This document shows positions 8,566 to 17,480 of a stretch of 64,000 nt of DNA, one piece after another. The notes beneath the pieces were generated by a model. That model did no database searches, was not told the DNA's origin, and saw only the letters and a program-made list of their open reading frames with translations. Positions within the stretch are counted from its first letter, which is position 1; every line of letters starts with the position of its first letter. The stretch comes from Planctomycetota bacterium. GTDB taxonomy: Bacteria > Planctomycetota > Brocadiia > JAADGH01. Position numbers and translations under genes: made by a program. The stretch lies in NCBI GenBank assembly GCA_040755855.1, contig JBFMAD010000004.1, forward strand, positions 64,001-128,000, written 5' to 3'.

Positions 8566-9768
8566 ATGCCCGACATCGAATTCCGCGAAGCGCGACCTGA
8601 AGACACTGACGAACTCCTCGAAGTTCGCAATCAGATTTTCCCGCCGGTGAGCAAGGAGAAATGGTTTGCGTCGAAGTGCACCGCCGCCGTCGCCTTCCGC
8701 GATGGAAAGATGGTCGGCGCCATCCCGCTCGATATCCGCGAGTTTCAGGTTCGCCCCGGCGTCATCATGACCGCCGCGTTCGAGAACGCTGTCGGCGTCC
8801 TGGAGCAGTTCCGGGGCCAGGGCCTCGGCACGGGCATGTTGGATGCGGCCAAGAAGTTCCTCCTCGGCAAGGCGGACGTCCTCATGGTCTATCGCGGCGC
8901 GGAGCTCTCCACCGGTTACAACTTCTACGCGAAAAACCTGCACTACGACATCACCTACCCCCGCCCCCTTGCCCTCGAAGGCGAGTGCAGACTGACGGGC
9001 GACACATCGGCGGAGATTATGGACATCTCCGACGCCCTCCGCCGACAGGAGGAGATGAACGCGGTCTTCCAGAGCGTCTACGGCGGCATGGGCGGCTTCC
9101 CGCCGCGACGGCCGGGCTACTGGACCCACGCGCTCGATCAAGCGATATTCGAGGTGCTACCGACCACGTTCAAGTTCATCCGCACCGAGGAGAATGGCCG
9201 GCTTACCGGCTACATCATCTTCGGCCACCGGAGCGTCCGCGACAAGAAGTCCATCGCCATCCTCGAGATCGCCACGCGCAACGGCGACCAGCACATCGCC
9301 CGGCAATTGCTCCTCGCCTTTCGGCGCTACGTGGATCAATATGATGTCCCCAAGACCGCGTCGAAGCAGGAGCAATCGCCGTACTATCAAGTGCTGCTCG
9401 ACACGGGCTTTATCCCGATCCCGCGCGAGAAGACTTCGATGATGCTGATGGCCTATCCCCTCGACCCGGCGGCAATGGCAGGAAAAGTCTGGGGGGAGAA
9501 TGCAGAACTGGACAAAGTCGAGGTCATCGCCTGGAGCCCTCTGCGGCAGGTGACGCTGCATGAGGCGAGGGGCAAGGCGCGGAAGACCATCCGGCTGGAG
9601 ATGAAGGACGACACGCTGACGCGCCTGCTCCTGTCGCGCGTTGATCTGGTGAAGGCGGTCGAGGAGGAGCGCGTCACAGCCCTCGGCGCGACGCCAGCCG
9701 ATATCGCCGCCATCGCAAAGTCCCTCCCCTTCACGCAATGGGAGTATCACCAGATCGAATACCTATAA
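8566..9768 (+). CDS. GNAT acetyltransferase, Eis-like, tandem paralog of 7377-8564
   Basis: VGVLEQFRGQGLGTGM; shared MVGAIPLD.REF...PGV and LEMK..T.T.LLL.RVD; ATG 1 nt after upstream stop. Confidence 0.8.
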   Translation: MPDIEFREARPEDTDELLEVRNQIFPPVSKEKWFASKCTAAVAFRDGKMVGAIPLDIREFQVRPGVIMTAAFENAVGVLEQFRGQGLGTGMLDAAKKFLLGKADVLMVYRGAELSTGYNFYAKNLHYDITYPRPLALEGECRLTGDTSAEIMDISDALRRQEEMNAVFQSVYGGMGGFPPRRPGYWTHALDQAIFEVLPTTFKFIRTEENGRLTGYIIFGHRSVRDKKSIAILEIATRNGDQHIARQLLLAFRRYVDQYDVPKTASKQEQSPYYQVLLDTGFIPIPREKTSMMLMAYPLDPAAMAGKVWGENAELDKVEVIAWSPLRQVTLHEARGKARKTIRLEMKDDTLTRLLLSRVDLVKAVEEERVTALGATPADIAAIAKSLPFTQWEYHQIEYL

Positions 9769-9794
9769 CCGCCCTCTTACTCCTACTCCTACTC

Positions 9795-10145
9795 TTACTC
9801 CCCCTCCAACCACTCATCCTCCGGATCGAAGGCCGGGATCGGCACGACCACCACCCGCAGCCGCCCCACCGCCCGATGCCGGCAGCTGGGCTTGATGAGG
9901 ACCGACGTCATCGGTCGCAACGGAACGCGGTCGCCGTCCAGCTCCATCTCTCCCTCGCCATCGAGGACGAGGTAGATTTCCGTCATGTTCTTGTGGTAGT
10001 GGACCTTCGACTCGGCATGTATCTCTGTGATGTGGAGCGTGGCGACGGGGTTCTCCGGCGATGCAAACGCCCGCCGCGCCGCGCCGCAGGGACACCGCAC
10101 CGGTTCGATCTCATCCATCTGCGCGGTCAGGTAGTTCTTCGGCAT
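9795..10145 (-). CDS. Cupin domain protein
   Basis: HYHKNMTEIYLVLDGEG...IKPSCRHRAVG. Confidence 0.85.
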   Translation of the reverse strand: MPKNYLTAQMDEIEPVRCPCGAARRAFASPENPVATLHITEIHAESKVHYHKNMTEIYLVLDGEGEMELDGDRVPLRPMTSVLIKPSCRHRAVGRLRVVVVPIPAFDPEDEWLEGE

Positions 10146-10190
10146 GGCAGTTCACGCACTCTCCTAACGCGGACTTGGCCCGCAACCGAA

Positions 10191-10392
10191 GGACAAAATT
10201 CACATTGGACACATAATACCACACTTCCTGTCTTCAGGAAGTGTGGTATCCGTAGAAAGAGATTTTGCTTGATGATATATCGCTTATTGGCAAGATGGTG
10301 TCGCTTTTCGCGGAAAAAAATGTGTCCAATGTGAATTTTGTCCCAAGAACATGCACGCAAATTGGCATCATGTTACGGCGTAAGGTTCTAAA
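10191..10392. mobile_element. MITE-like element, copy 2 (core in the same orientation as copy 1, arm reverse-complemented on the other side)
   Basis: Perfect 24-bp IRs 10191-10214 and 10320-10343; hairpin 10216-10249; arm 10348-10392 is 42/45 identical to the reverse complement of 3669-3713. Confidence 0.75.
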
Positions 10393-10452
10393 CATGATTC
10401 GTGCCCCTCGGCATGGCAAGGAAGGAAGGAGGGAAATGGTGAGACCCCGCAA

Positions 10453-10484
10453 CCCTCGTCCGTCCCTCTCCCAGAGGGAGAGAG
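10453..10484. repeat. REP-like hairpin CCCTCTCCCAGAGGGAGAG
   Basis: Short GC-rich palindrome immediately after the stop of the minus-strand TlpA gene. Confidence 0.5.
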
Positions 10485-11003
10485 CTATTTGGTCTCCTTC
10501 GTCGCCCGCGCCGCCGCCAGGGCGATGTCCAGCTCGTCGTCGTCCAGCGCCTGGCCCGAGTTCTGCCAGCAGACCAATCCGTTCTTGGCCACGATGTAGA
10601 TGTAGGGAGCCAGGGTGTTGCTGTACGCCCCCGCCGTTTTCGTGTCGGGATCGCTCAGCACCGGGTATGGGATTTTCTCCTTCTCCACCCACGTCGCCAC
10701 TTTCTTTGCGTCTTCGTGCGTGATGGCGATGAGCACCACGTCCTCTTTGGAATACTTCTCATGGATCTCTTTCATCCGAGGCACGATGGGCACGCAGTGC
10801 GGACATGTGGTGATCATAAATTCCAGGATCACTACTTTCTTTTGTTTGAGCTTCTTCAGCGTGAGGGGCTTCTTGGCATTCAGCCACGTCTTGCCCTGGA
10901 TTTCCGGGGGCGTCTTGTAGAGGAAATCCGCCTGGCCCCATACCATGCCGGCGGAAAGGAAAAGAAATGCCAGGACGAGATACAACACGCATCGCTTCTT
11001 CAT
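10485..11003 (-). CDS. Exported TlpA/redoxin-family thiol-disulfide oxidoreductase
   Basis: Signal peptide MKKRCVLYLVLAFLFLSAG; VVILEFMITTCPHC. Confidence 0.85.
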   Translation of the reverse strand: MKKRCVLYLVLAFLFLSAGMVWGQADFLYKTPPEIQGKTWLNAKKPLTLKKLKQKKVVILEFMITTCPHCVPIVPRMKEIHEKYSKEDVVLIAITHEDAKKVATWVEKEKIPYPVLSDPDTKTAGAYSNTLAPYIYIVAKNGLVCWQNSGQALDDDELDIALAAARATKETK

Positions 11004-11062
11004 CGCATCTTCCTCCTGCAAATCAACGGCGTTTCCCAGTCTGTCCCAGGGCAATCAGGGCC

Positions 11063-11710
11063 TCACTTCTCCGCCGCCGCATCCCGGAGCATCTCCTCGA
11101 TCTGCGTCGTTTTCAGGTAGTACGGGTGCCCCTGCCAGATCACGTAGCCGTATCGGTTGACGAGGTAACAGAACGGCACGCGCCGCATGGCATACTTCTC
11201 GAACGTCTTCGCGTCCTTGTCGATAGCGACGGGGAAAGCGACATTATGCTCCTTGATGAATTTCTCCACCATCTCCTTGTTGTCCTTCAGGTCGCTCACC
11301 ACGGTAATCACCTGGAACAGGGGGCCGGTGTAGCGGCTGTAGATATCCTGGATGTGCTCGATCTGTTCCACGCAGTGCGGGCATTTGGTGAACCAGAACT
11401 CGAGGAGGACGAATTTCTTCTTCCGAAACTCCGCGAGCGTCATGGGTTTCTCGGCGTTGAACCACTGCGCCGTCTCGATCTCCGGGGCGAGCTTGTCCTC
11501 CAGGTCCCACGTGGCCCCCGGCTGGGGCGTGAGCGCCGGGCCTTTCGTGTCCGCAGTGCAGGTCGGTTTCGGGGCCGTGCAGGTCGCGCATGGCGGCCCC
11601 TCCGCCTTCTCCGCCGCGGAATCGGCCTTCTTTTTCTCCTCCTCGCACGCGCACAACAGCACCATCATTGCCACGGCAACGACGCCTGCAAACAACATTC
11701 TGGCCTTCAT
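11063..11710 (-). CDS. TlpA/redoxin-family lipoprotein, paralog of the adjacent gene
   Basis: Lipobox-like LLCAC; APEI...WFN, VLLEFWFTKCPHC. Confidence 0.85.
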   Translation of the reverse strand: MKARMLFAGVVAVAMMVLLCACEEEKKKADSAAEKAEGPPCATCTAPKPTCTADTKGPALTPQPGATWDLEDKLAPEIETAQWFNAEKPMTLAEFRKKKFVLLEFWFTKCPHCVEQIEHIQDIYSRYTGPLFQVITVVSDLKDNKEMVEKFIKEHNVAFPVAIDKDAKTFEKYAMRRVPFCYLVNRYGYVIWQGHPYYLKTTQIEEMLRDAAAEK

Positions 11711-11888
11711 CACTTCCCTCCTCTTCCCGGAATATGGATTGTCACGAGACGTGCAAATCTGCATGGTACAAAGCATACACCATCGGTCCCGACAAGTCAA
11801 AAGCCAAAATGGAAAATGAATGAGCTGCCGTCAAGCATTCAGTGTGGGTTGCTGGTAAGTCTCGGGGCAAGTGATCTGCTATGTTCTG

Positions 11889-12824
11889 CTATAAGGAGGG
11901 AGGAACCTTGTCCCACCACTGGAGTTGCCACCAGATTTGATCGTCGTTGCCCTTCTCATGGTTTGCGACCTTTCCGACAAACACCTTCTCGCCTTTTCGG
12001 AATGCGGCGTCGGGACTTGGTGCGTTGTTGCCCTCGTATCGAGTGGACCAGGGCTGTTTGTATGCCTTGACGACGACGTTGCCAACGTTGACGAGCCATG
12101 CAAGGAATGCGACGAACCAGATACATATGAACACTCTTAGCACTCGTGGCTGTGCTCTTTCGATCAGAAACAGAACGTACGTGACGAAGATGCCAGCAAA
12201 AGCGACCGTCACGAGCACTGCCGGTAACAAGGTCACCGACCAGTGCCTCCGCTCCCACCCACAGCAGAACACCTTGCCCCTTTCGTTGATGAAGTAGGTT
12301 CCTGTTCCAGTTGATCCGATCTCGTTCGGCCAAGCGTAGATGACGAAGTGGTTTTCCTGCGCATTAATTGTTCCCTGATTCTTTGTCGGATCGAGCGTGG
12401 CCCCAGGCTTAGCGGATGTGCCGTCAAGAGAGTCATCATTGACCGGGCCATCCGGCCCGGGAATCCAGAGTATAATGCCGTAGCCGTAATACCCAGCATT
12501 GAGCTGGCCCTTTTCGTCCTTCAGTTTCCACGGGAAAGTAACATACTCTGGAGCAACCGGAGATTTTGCTCCTGGGTTCCTTGGAACAGCCTGTCCTGCG
12601 ATTTCGCACAGAAAACCATACTCCCCCACGCCGTCGCCATCTTGGTCCACGTGACACCGTCTCTTGAATTCTATCTGGGCCTTTGCCAGTTGTTCAAGGA
12701 ATGGGATGACTTTGTGGTCGGCGTAGCGGCGAATATTGGGTGGAATGACGACGTAACGCCATACAAAGCCGTGCAATACACCAAGAAAAACCAAGATGAC
12801 AATGATCGCCAGATGTCTCTTCAT
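11889..12824 (-). CDS. Membrane-anchored DUF2950/pseudopilin-like protein with an additional TM hairpin
   Basis: N-terminal TM; VDQDGDGVGEYGFL.E, FVIYAWP..IG.TG..TYFINERG; lower GC than flanks. Confidence 0.55.
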   Translation of the reverse strand: MKRHLAIIVILVFLGVLHGFVWRYVVIPPNIRRYADHKVIPFLEQLAKAQIEFKRRCHVDQDGDGVGEYGFLCEIAGQAVPRNPGAKSPVAPEYVTFPWKLKDEKGQLNAGYYGYGIILWIPGPDGPVNDDSLDGTSAKPGATLDPTKNQGTINAQENHFVIYAWPNEIGSTGTGTYFINERGKVFCCGWERRHWSVTLLPAVLVTVAFAGIFVTYVLFLIERAQPRVLRVFICIWFVAFLAWLVNVGNVVVKAYKQPWSTRYEGNNAPSPDAAFRKGEKVFVGKVANHEKGNDDQIWWQLQWWDKVPPSL

Positions 12825-12926
12825 GGCTCAGCGCATTTCCTCCACTTTCACTATATCACATGATCGGCGGGTTGTGTGTAACAAGTATGTAACAACCGCC
12901 GGTCGGGAGTCTTTCGGGGGGCGGGG

Positions 12927-14039
12927 TTACTGACCGTGAGATTGGCCTGGCGATGCCAACGCCTCGCGCAGGTCGGTCAGGAGGCGGTTGCCCTGGTCGG
13001 CATTGACCATGCGGATGTAGTGGGCGTGGCTGAGGAGGGAGAGGCGGAGCTGGCCGGCGGTGAGGCCGTCGCGGTTGACGCCCTTGGTGCGCAGGTGATG
13101 GATGACGGCCCGGAGCCATCGGCGGTAGTAACGCGGGACGCCGGGCTGGTCGTTCACGACCACCCCCGTCACGATCTGGCGGCGGCCGCGGCGCATGAGG
13201 CGGACCTTCCTGTCGGCGACGCGGAAGCCTTCTTCCTTAACTACCTTTCGGACGAATGGAATCAGTTTCTTCACTTCCTCGGCCGGGCCTGAGAAGGTCA
13301 TGTCGTCGGCGTATCGAGTGTAGGACACGCCCACCCTCCCCGCCGCGCCCATGAGGCGGCGGTCGAGCTTGCGGCAGACGGCGTTGGCTATGGCCGGCGA
13401 GGTCGGCGCGCCCTGGGGCAGGATGCCGTCGGCGGTGGTCAGCTTCGCAAGGATGAAGGAATGTCTGTTCGAGAACTGGAGCGACCGGAACAGCCCCAGC
13501 ACCCGGCCGAAGTGGATGGAGGGGAAGAAGTCCTCGATGTCCATCCGCAGGACCATCTCCTTCCCAACGTGCTCCGCCGCGCCCGTGGCCAGGGAGCGAT
13601 TCCGCCGGAAGCCGTGGACGCAGTCGGGCAGCTCGACCCAGTTGAGGATGCGATCGAGGATGCGGCGCTGGACGTACTTCAGCGACTGCACCGGCGCGTG
13701 GATGGTGCGTTGCCCGCCGCCGGGCTTGGGGCGGGTGAACGTGGTGTAGAGTCGTTTCGGCGAGAATGACAGCCTGCCAAGCCGACTCGGCTTGAGGCCG
13801 AGGGCCTTGGCCAGGCCCTTCAGCCCGTCGTCGGACTCCACCTCGATGGTCCGGCCCGTCCTGGGGTCGCGGGCCTTGCGTGTGGGCAGCCGTCCATCCT
13901 GGGGCAACATGCAGATGGCCCGGTCGCGCTCGCGTTTCTTGCGCAACGCCTCGATCTGCTGTCGGCGCTTGCCGCGCTTCAGGGCATCCACGGCCTCGGG
14001 AGGCAGAACAAGCCGGATCAGCCAGTCAAGAAATCCCAT
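12927..14039 (-). CDS. Retron-type reverse transcriptase
   Basis: R.I.AP...LK.VQR.I, HGFRRNRSLATGAAEH (region X), DIEDFFPSI, LPQGAPTSPAIAN, YTRYADDMTFSG, VTGVVVN (region Y). Confidence 0.92.
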   Translation of the reverse strand: MGFLDWLIRLVLPPEAVDALKRGKRRQQIEALRKKRERDRAICMLPQDGRLPTRKARDPRTGRTIEVESDDGLKGLAKALGLKPSRLGRLSFSPKRLYTTFTRPKPGGGQRTIHAPVQSLKYVQRRILDRILNWVELPDCVHGFRRNRSLATGAAEHVGKEMVLRMDIEDFFPSIHFGRVLGLFRSLQFSNRHSFILAKLTTADGILPQGAPTSPAIANAVCRKLDRRLMGAAGRVGVSYTRYADDMTFSGPAEEVKKLIPFVRKVVKEEGFRVADRKVRLMRRGRRQIVTGVVVNDQPGVPRYYRRWLRAVIHHLRTKGVNRDGLTAGQLRLSLLSHAHYIRMVNADQGNRLLTDLREALASPGQSHGQ

Positions 14040-14062
14040 GACGAACCCTCTCGGAAAACGAG

Positions 14063-14194
14063 AGGCGGCGGGCCGGTTTTACTATGCACCCATTCTGCGT
14101 TCCTGCTGCAAGCAGGAACAAAGGCTTGTTGAAGGCGCAAAGCGCACGCACGGCGAATCGCCGCGCAAATCTAAAACTCTTCGGCCCGCCGCCT
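14063..14194 (-). ncRNA. Retron msr-msd ncRNA (about 132 nt)
   Basis: 13-bp perfect inverted repeat 14063-14075/14182-14194 extended by GTTTTA/TAAAAC (14076-14081/14172-14177); internal hairpins; immediately upstream of the RT. Confidence 0.8.
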
Positions 14195-14200
14195 GCCGGA

Positions 14201-14228
14201 AGTATAGCACACGCATAGGACATGTCAA
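14201..14228 (-). promoter_or_regulatory. Sigma70 promoter of the retron
   Basis: Minus strand TTGACA-N16-TATACT with extended -10 TG; predicted start near 14194, the first base of the inverted repeat. Confidence 0.7.
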
Positions 14229-14241
14229 GAGAGATAGCCGC

Positions 14242-15597
14242 TCATCCGGGGGCAAGAACCTGCGGCATCGGATCGTCCATCCATCCGGCGGGGCGTTGGC
14301 CCGTCCCCTGACGACCCAGGTCGCCCAGGTCCGCCCGCGCCCGATCCGCCATCGCCAGCAGGCGCTTCACCACGTCCGGATGACGGGCCGAGACCTCGCT
14401 CGTCTCGCCGATGTCGTTTCGGAGATCGAAGAGCATCGCAGGACTCGCGGTCGTATCCCCACGCAGGTTGACTCGCTTCTTGTCGAGCGGCAGATACAAC
14501 TTCCACTGCCCCGCCCGCACCGCCTGCAACTGGTGCATGAAGTAGTAGAAGAACCCGACCTCGTCATAGGCCGACCGCGCCCCGGCCTCGCCGAAGAGCG
14601 ACGGGCGGATGTCATGCCCGTCAATGGTCCGATCGGCGGGCGGCTCGCCTCCTGCCAACCGGACCAGTGTTGGCAACACATCCATCGTGCTCGTCACCTC
14701 GTCGCAGACAGTCCCGGCGGGGACCCGTCCCGGCCAGCGCACGATGCACGGCATCCGCATCGCACCCTCCGAGGTGTCATACCCCCAGCCCTTCAAGGGC
14801 GTGTTGCTGCCCTGGATCGGGTCGCGGCGGATCGCCCCGTTGTCGGAGGTCCACACCACCAAGGTCCGCTCGTCCAGCCCCAGCCGTTTCAGCGCCGCAA
14901 AAATTTCCCCCGTGGACCAATCCATCTCCTCGATGCTGTCGCCGTACGGGCCGTTGGCTGACTTGCCCTGGAACGCGGGGCTGGCGAACGGGCGCGCCGT
15001 GCTGCCGGGCATGGCGTGGGGAAGATAGACAAAGAACGGACGGTCCTTGTGTTCGGTGATGAACCGGATCGTCTCCTCCGCGTAGCGCTTGGTCAGGTAG
15101 TCGCGGTCCACGGGGGCCTCGATCACGGTCTCCTGGCGCATCAGGGGCAGGGGCGGATAGTTCGGGTTGTGCTTGCTCTGCACCATGTCGTCGCTGTAGG
15201 GGATGCCGAAGTAGTGATCGAAGCCGTGCCGCGTGGGGAGGAATGGGGCCTGATCGCCCAGGTGCCACTTGCCGATGCAGGCGGTGGCGTAGCCCTGGGA
15301 TTGGAGCAGGCGGGCGACGGTGATCTCGCACGGGTTGAGGCCCTTCGAGTCAATGGCCCGGAGGACGGGCGTGCCCGTTCCGCTCACGTGCATGTTCACG
15401 CGGCGCGGGTAGCAGCCGGTCATCAGGCTGGCCCGCGAGGGCGTGCAGACGCCGCTGGTGCTGTAGAAGCTGGTGAACTTCATGCCCTCGGCGGCCATGC
15501 GGTCCACATGCGGCGTGCGGTGCACCGTCGAGCCGAAGCAGCCGAAGTCGCCGTAACCGAGATTGTCGGCGAAGATGACGATGAAGTTGGGTTTCAT
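14242..15597 (-). CDS. Arylsulfatase (Cys-type formylglycine sulfatase)
   Basis: KPNFIVIFADNLGYGD, CTPSRASLMTG, GKWHLG, WTSDNG. Confidence 0.93.
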   Translation of the reverse strand: MKPNFIVIFADNLGYGDFGCFGSTVHRTPHVDRMAAEGMKFTSFYSTSGVCTPSRASLMTGCYPRRVNMHVSGTGTPVLRAIDSKGLNPCEITVARLLQSQGYATACIGKWHLGDQAPFLPTRHGFDHYFGIPYSDDMVQSKHNPNYPPLPLMRQETVIEAPVDRDYLTKRYAEETIRFITEHKDRPFFVYLPHAMPGSTARPFASPAFQGKSANGPYGDSIEEMDWSTGEIFAALKRLGLDERTLVVWTSDNGAIRRDPIQGSNTPLKGWGYDTSEGAMRMPCIVRWPGRVPAGTVCDEVTSTMDVLPTLVRLAGGEPPADRTIDGHDIRPSLFGEAGARSAYDEVGFFYYFMHQLQAVRAGQWKLYLPLDKKRVNLRGDTTASPAMLFDLRNDIGETSEVSARHPDVVKRLLAMADRARADLGDLGRQGTGQRPAGWMDDPMPQVLAPG

Positions 15598-15706
15598 CGG
15601 GCCTTTGATTCCTCCTTTGCCTTAGTCGGAATACACTAAGACGATTAACATACCCTGCTCTTTCCGGTGGGCAATCAAAACAAACGTGTTATCGGAATTC
15701 CGACAC

Positions 15707-17476
15707 TCAGTTCGGCTTCCTGAGCACGAACACCGATTCAAAATAAGAATCAAGAGATCGTGGTCGCGCGTTGCTGTTCTTCTTGTCAAGTTGAACGTCC
15801 AGACTATCCTCGATTCCAAACCCGGCTCTTTCCGCGAGTTCTTTGAAAATTTCATCACAACGCACGCGATAGAGAACTTCACGGGTGCTGAATCTGTAGA
15901 ACACGCTTTCCTTGCCTATGACATATATCGCCACCCCACCCGGCAAGAGCACTCGATACGTTTCTTTGAGAGCGTTTTTCAGGTCCCTGTAATACGCTAC
16001 TGTGGGGTCGGCCTTGATCGATCGAAGATCATCCGATTTAAGCCATTCATAGAGCTTCGCAACTTCGGTGGGGAGGTCCCGCAAGGGCTGACAGGTATTT
16101 CTCTTCATCGACCCTACGCTTTGCTTTTCCGCATTCTCGATCTGCTTTGCACTCATCAGCCCCAGTGCAGTGATTGATATGGACTTGCCAATCAGGTAGT
16201 TCTCTCGACCGGAGGACGCCGGCAAATACGGCGGCGATGTCAAAACCACGCTCACACTTTCTGCCGGCAGTGGCATTGCTGTTGCTGTGTCTTGGAGGAC
16301 TCTGAAACTGGGTATCGAAATCCCGTAAGCATTCCTCACAGTTTGGACAACATGAGCGGTGTGTATTAGGCTCCGCAAGTTGGCTTCGACAATCGAAGAT
16401 AGACTCGTCTTGCCTATTTCCAACGCAAAACGGCCGACGCCCGTTCCCATCATGCGGATGTTGAACTTCCGACTTATGGCATCGCTCAGGACTATCTGAA
16501 GTGCCTGTCTCACGGCATTGTTTCTGGCGGTGTTTATCATTGACATCCAAGAGCCGATTTCGTCTTCGTACTGCCTTTGCTCATCTGGCGAACCCCAGCG
16601 CTGAAACTTCCTCTCGATCCATGGCGGAAACGAATACCTTGTTGGCTTGCGTGCCCCGCGAAATAGTGGCATCGCCGCAGTACGAACGTTCCCAACCTCC
16701 TCCTGAAGCACCGATGGAGAAACGGTGAGCATATTGAGTTTGGCCGAAGAAATCGCACAAGACAGACCATCTATGTCGATTCCAATTGAGTCGTAGGCCA
16801 ACAAAGCACCTTCCACCATGGCTGTCCCACTTCCAAGAAAAGGGTCAAGCAAGGTTCTATTCCCGTTCCCTGTCGAGGGAGTAACACCGTCTACTGAAAC
16901 AAGAAGCGATCGGATGAGCCGCGGAAAGAACTTGGCCTTATACTTGTGAAGGCCATGTACATGCGGCGTCGAGGTGCTCCTTTTTTCAATTGCTGTTATA
17001 ATCTCTTTATCGTGCTCGCTTCCGCCATCGCAAAGGTGTCGCGCAATGCGCACGAGGTCGTCTGTTCCCGGATTTCCCCGTCCCATGGCACTCAAAAATT
17101 CGGCGGCCGCCAGCATGGGAATCAAGCAGCAAACACGGCCGTTGGGAGTATCTTTCACGTAACGCCAAGGGGCGGTTGGGACAGAGTCGGACGTACCCTT
17201 CTGCTCGACAAACCAAATTTCCTGAGAGAAATTCAGGCCGCGAATCAAACGAGGCAGGTCACAGCGAAGTCCCCTTCCGATAAAACCATAGGGCGGTCTT
17301 GATCTCACATGCGACATGATTCGATCACGCGGGACGGCTACATACTGAAAAACGTCCTGATCGCTACTGACAGGAATGACCTTTTGGAAAAAACAACGCA
17401 ATTCCCGCTCGGCGAGTTGTGCGTCTCCCGCGAGTTCGACATTGCATCGTAGCTTCAAGTAGAAGGCATCCGTCAC
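15707..17476 (-). CDS. Type II DNA amino-methyltransferase (N4-C or N6-A) with N-terminal extension
   Basis: HGLHKYKAKFFP, LLDPFLGSGT (motif I), VLTSPPY (motif IV), YRVLLPGG; lower GC. Confidence 0.85.
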   Translation of the reverse strand: MTDAFYLKLRCNVELAGDAQLAERELRCFFQKVIPVSSDQDVFQYVAVPRDRIMSHVRSRPPYGFIGRGLRCDLPRLIRGLNFSQEIWFVEQKGTSDSVPTAPWRYVKDTPNGRVCCLIPMLAAAEFLSAMGRGNPGTDDLVRIARHLCDGGSEHDKEIITAIEKRSTSTPHVHGLHKYKAKFFPRLIRSLLVSVDGVTPSTGNGNRTLLDPFLGSGTAMVEGALLAYDSIGIDIDGLSCAISSAKLNMLTVSPSVLQEEVGNVRTAAMPLFRGARKPTRYSFPPWIERKFQRWGSPDEQRQYEDEIGSWMSMINTARNNAVRQALQIVLSDAISRKFNIRMMGTGVGRFALEIGKTSLSSIVEANLRSLIHTAHVVQTVRNAYGISIPSFRVLQDTATAMPLPAESVSVVLTSPPYLPASSGRENYLIGKSISITALGLMSAKQIENAEKQSVGSMKRNTCQPLRDLPTEVAKLYEWLKSDDLRSIKADPTVAYYRDLKNALKETYRVLLPGGVAIYVIGKESVFYRFSTREVLYRVRCDEIFKELAERAGFGIEDSLDVQLDKKNSNARPRSLDSYFESVFVLRKPN

Positions 17477-17480
17477 TTGC

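Noticed and set aside
12927..14039. RT as a group II intron, DGR or CRISPR-associated RT
   Set aside because: No maturase/X domain or intron domain V seen, no TR/VR pair or avd, no cas genes; region X/Y motifs and a1/a2 repeats fit a retron
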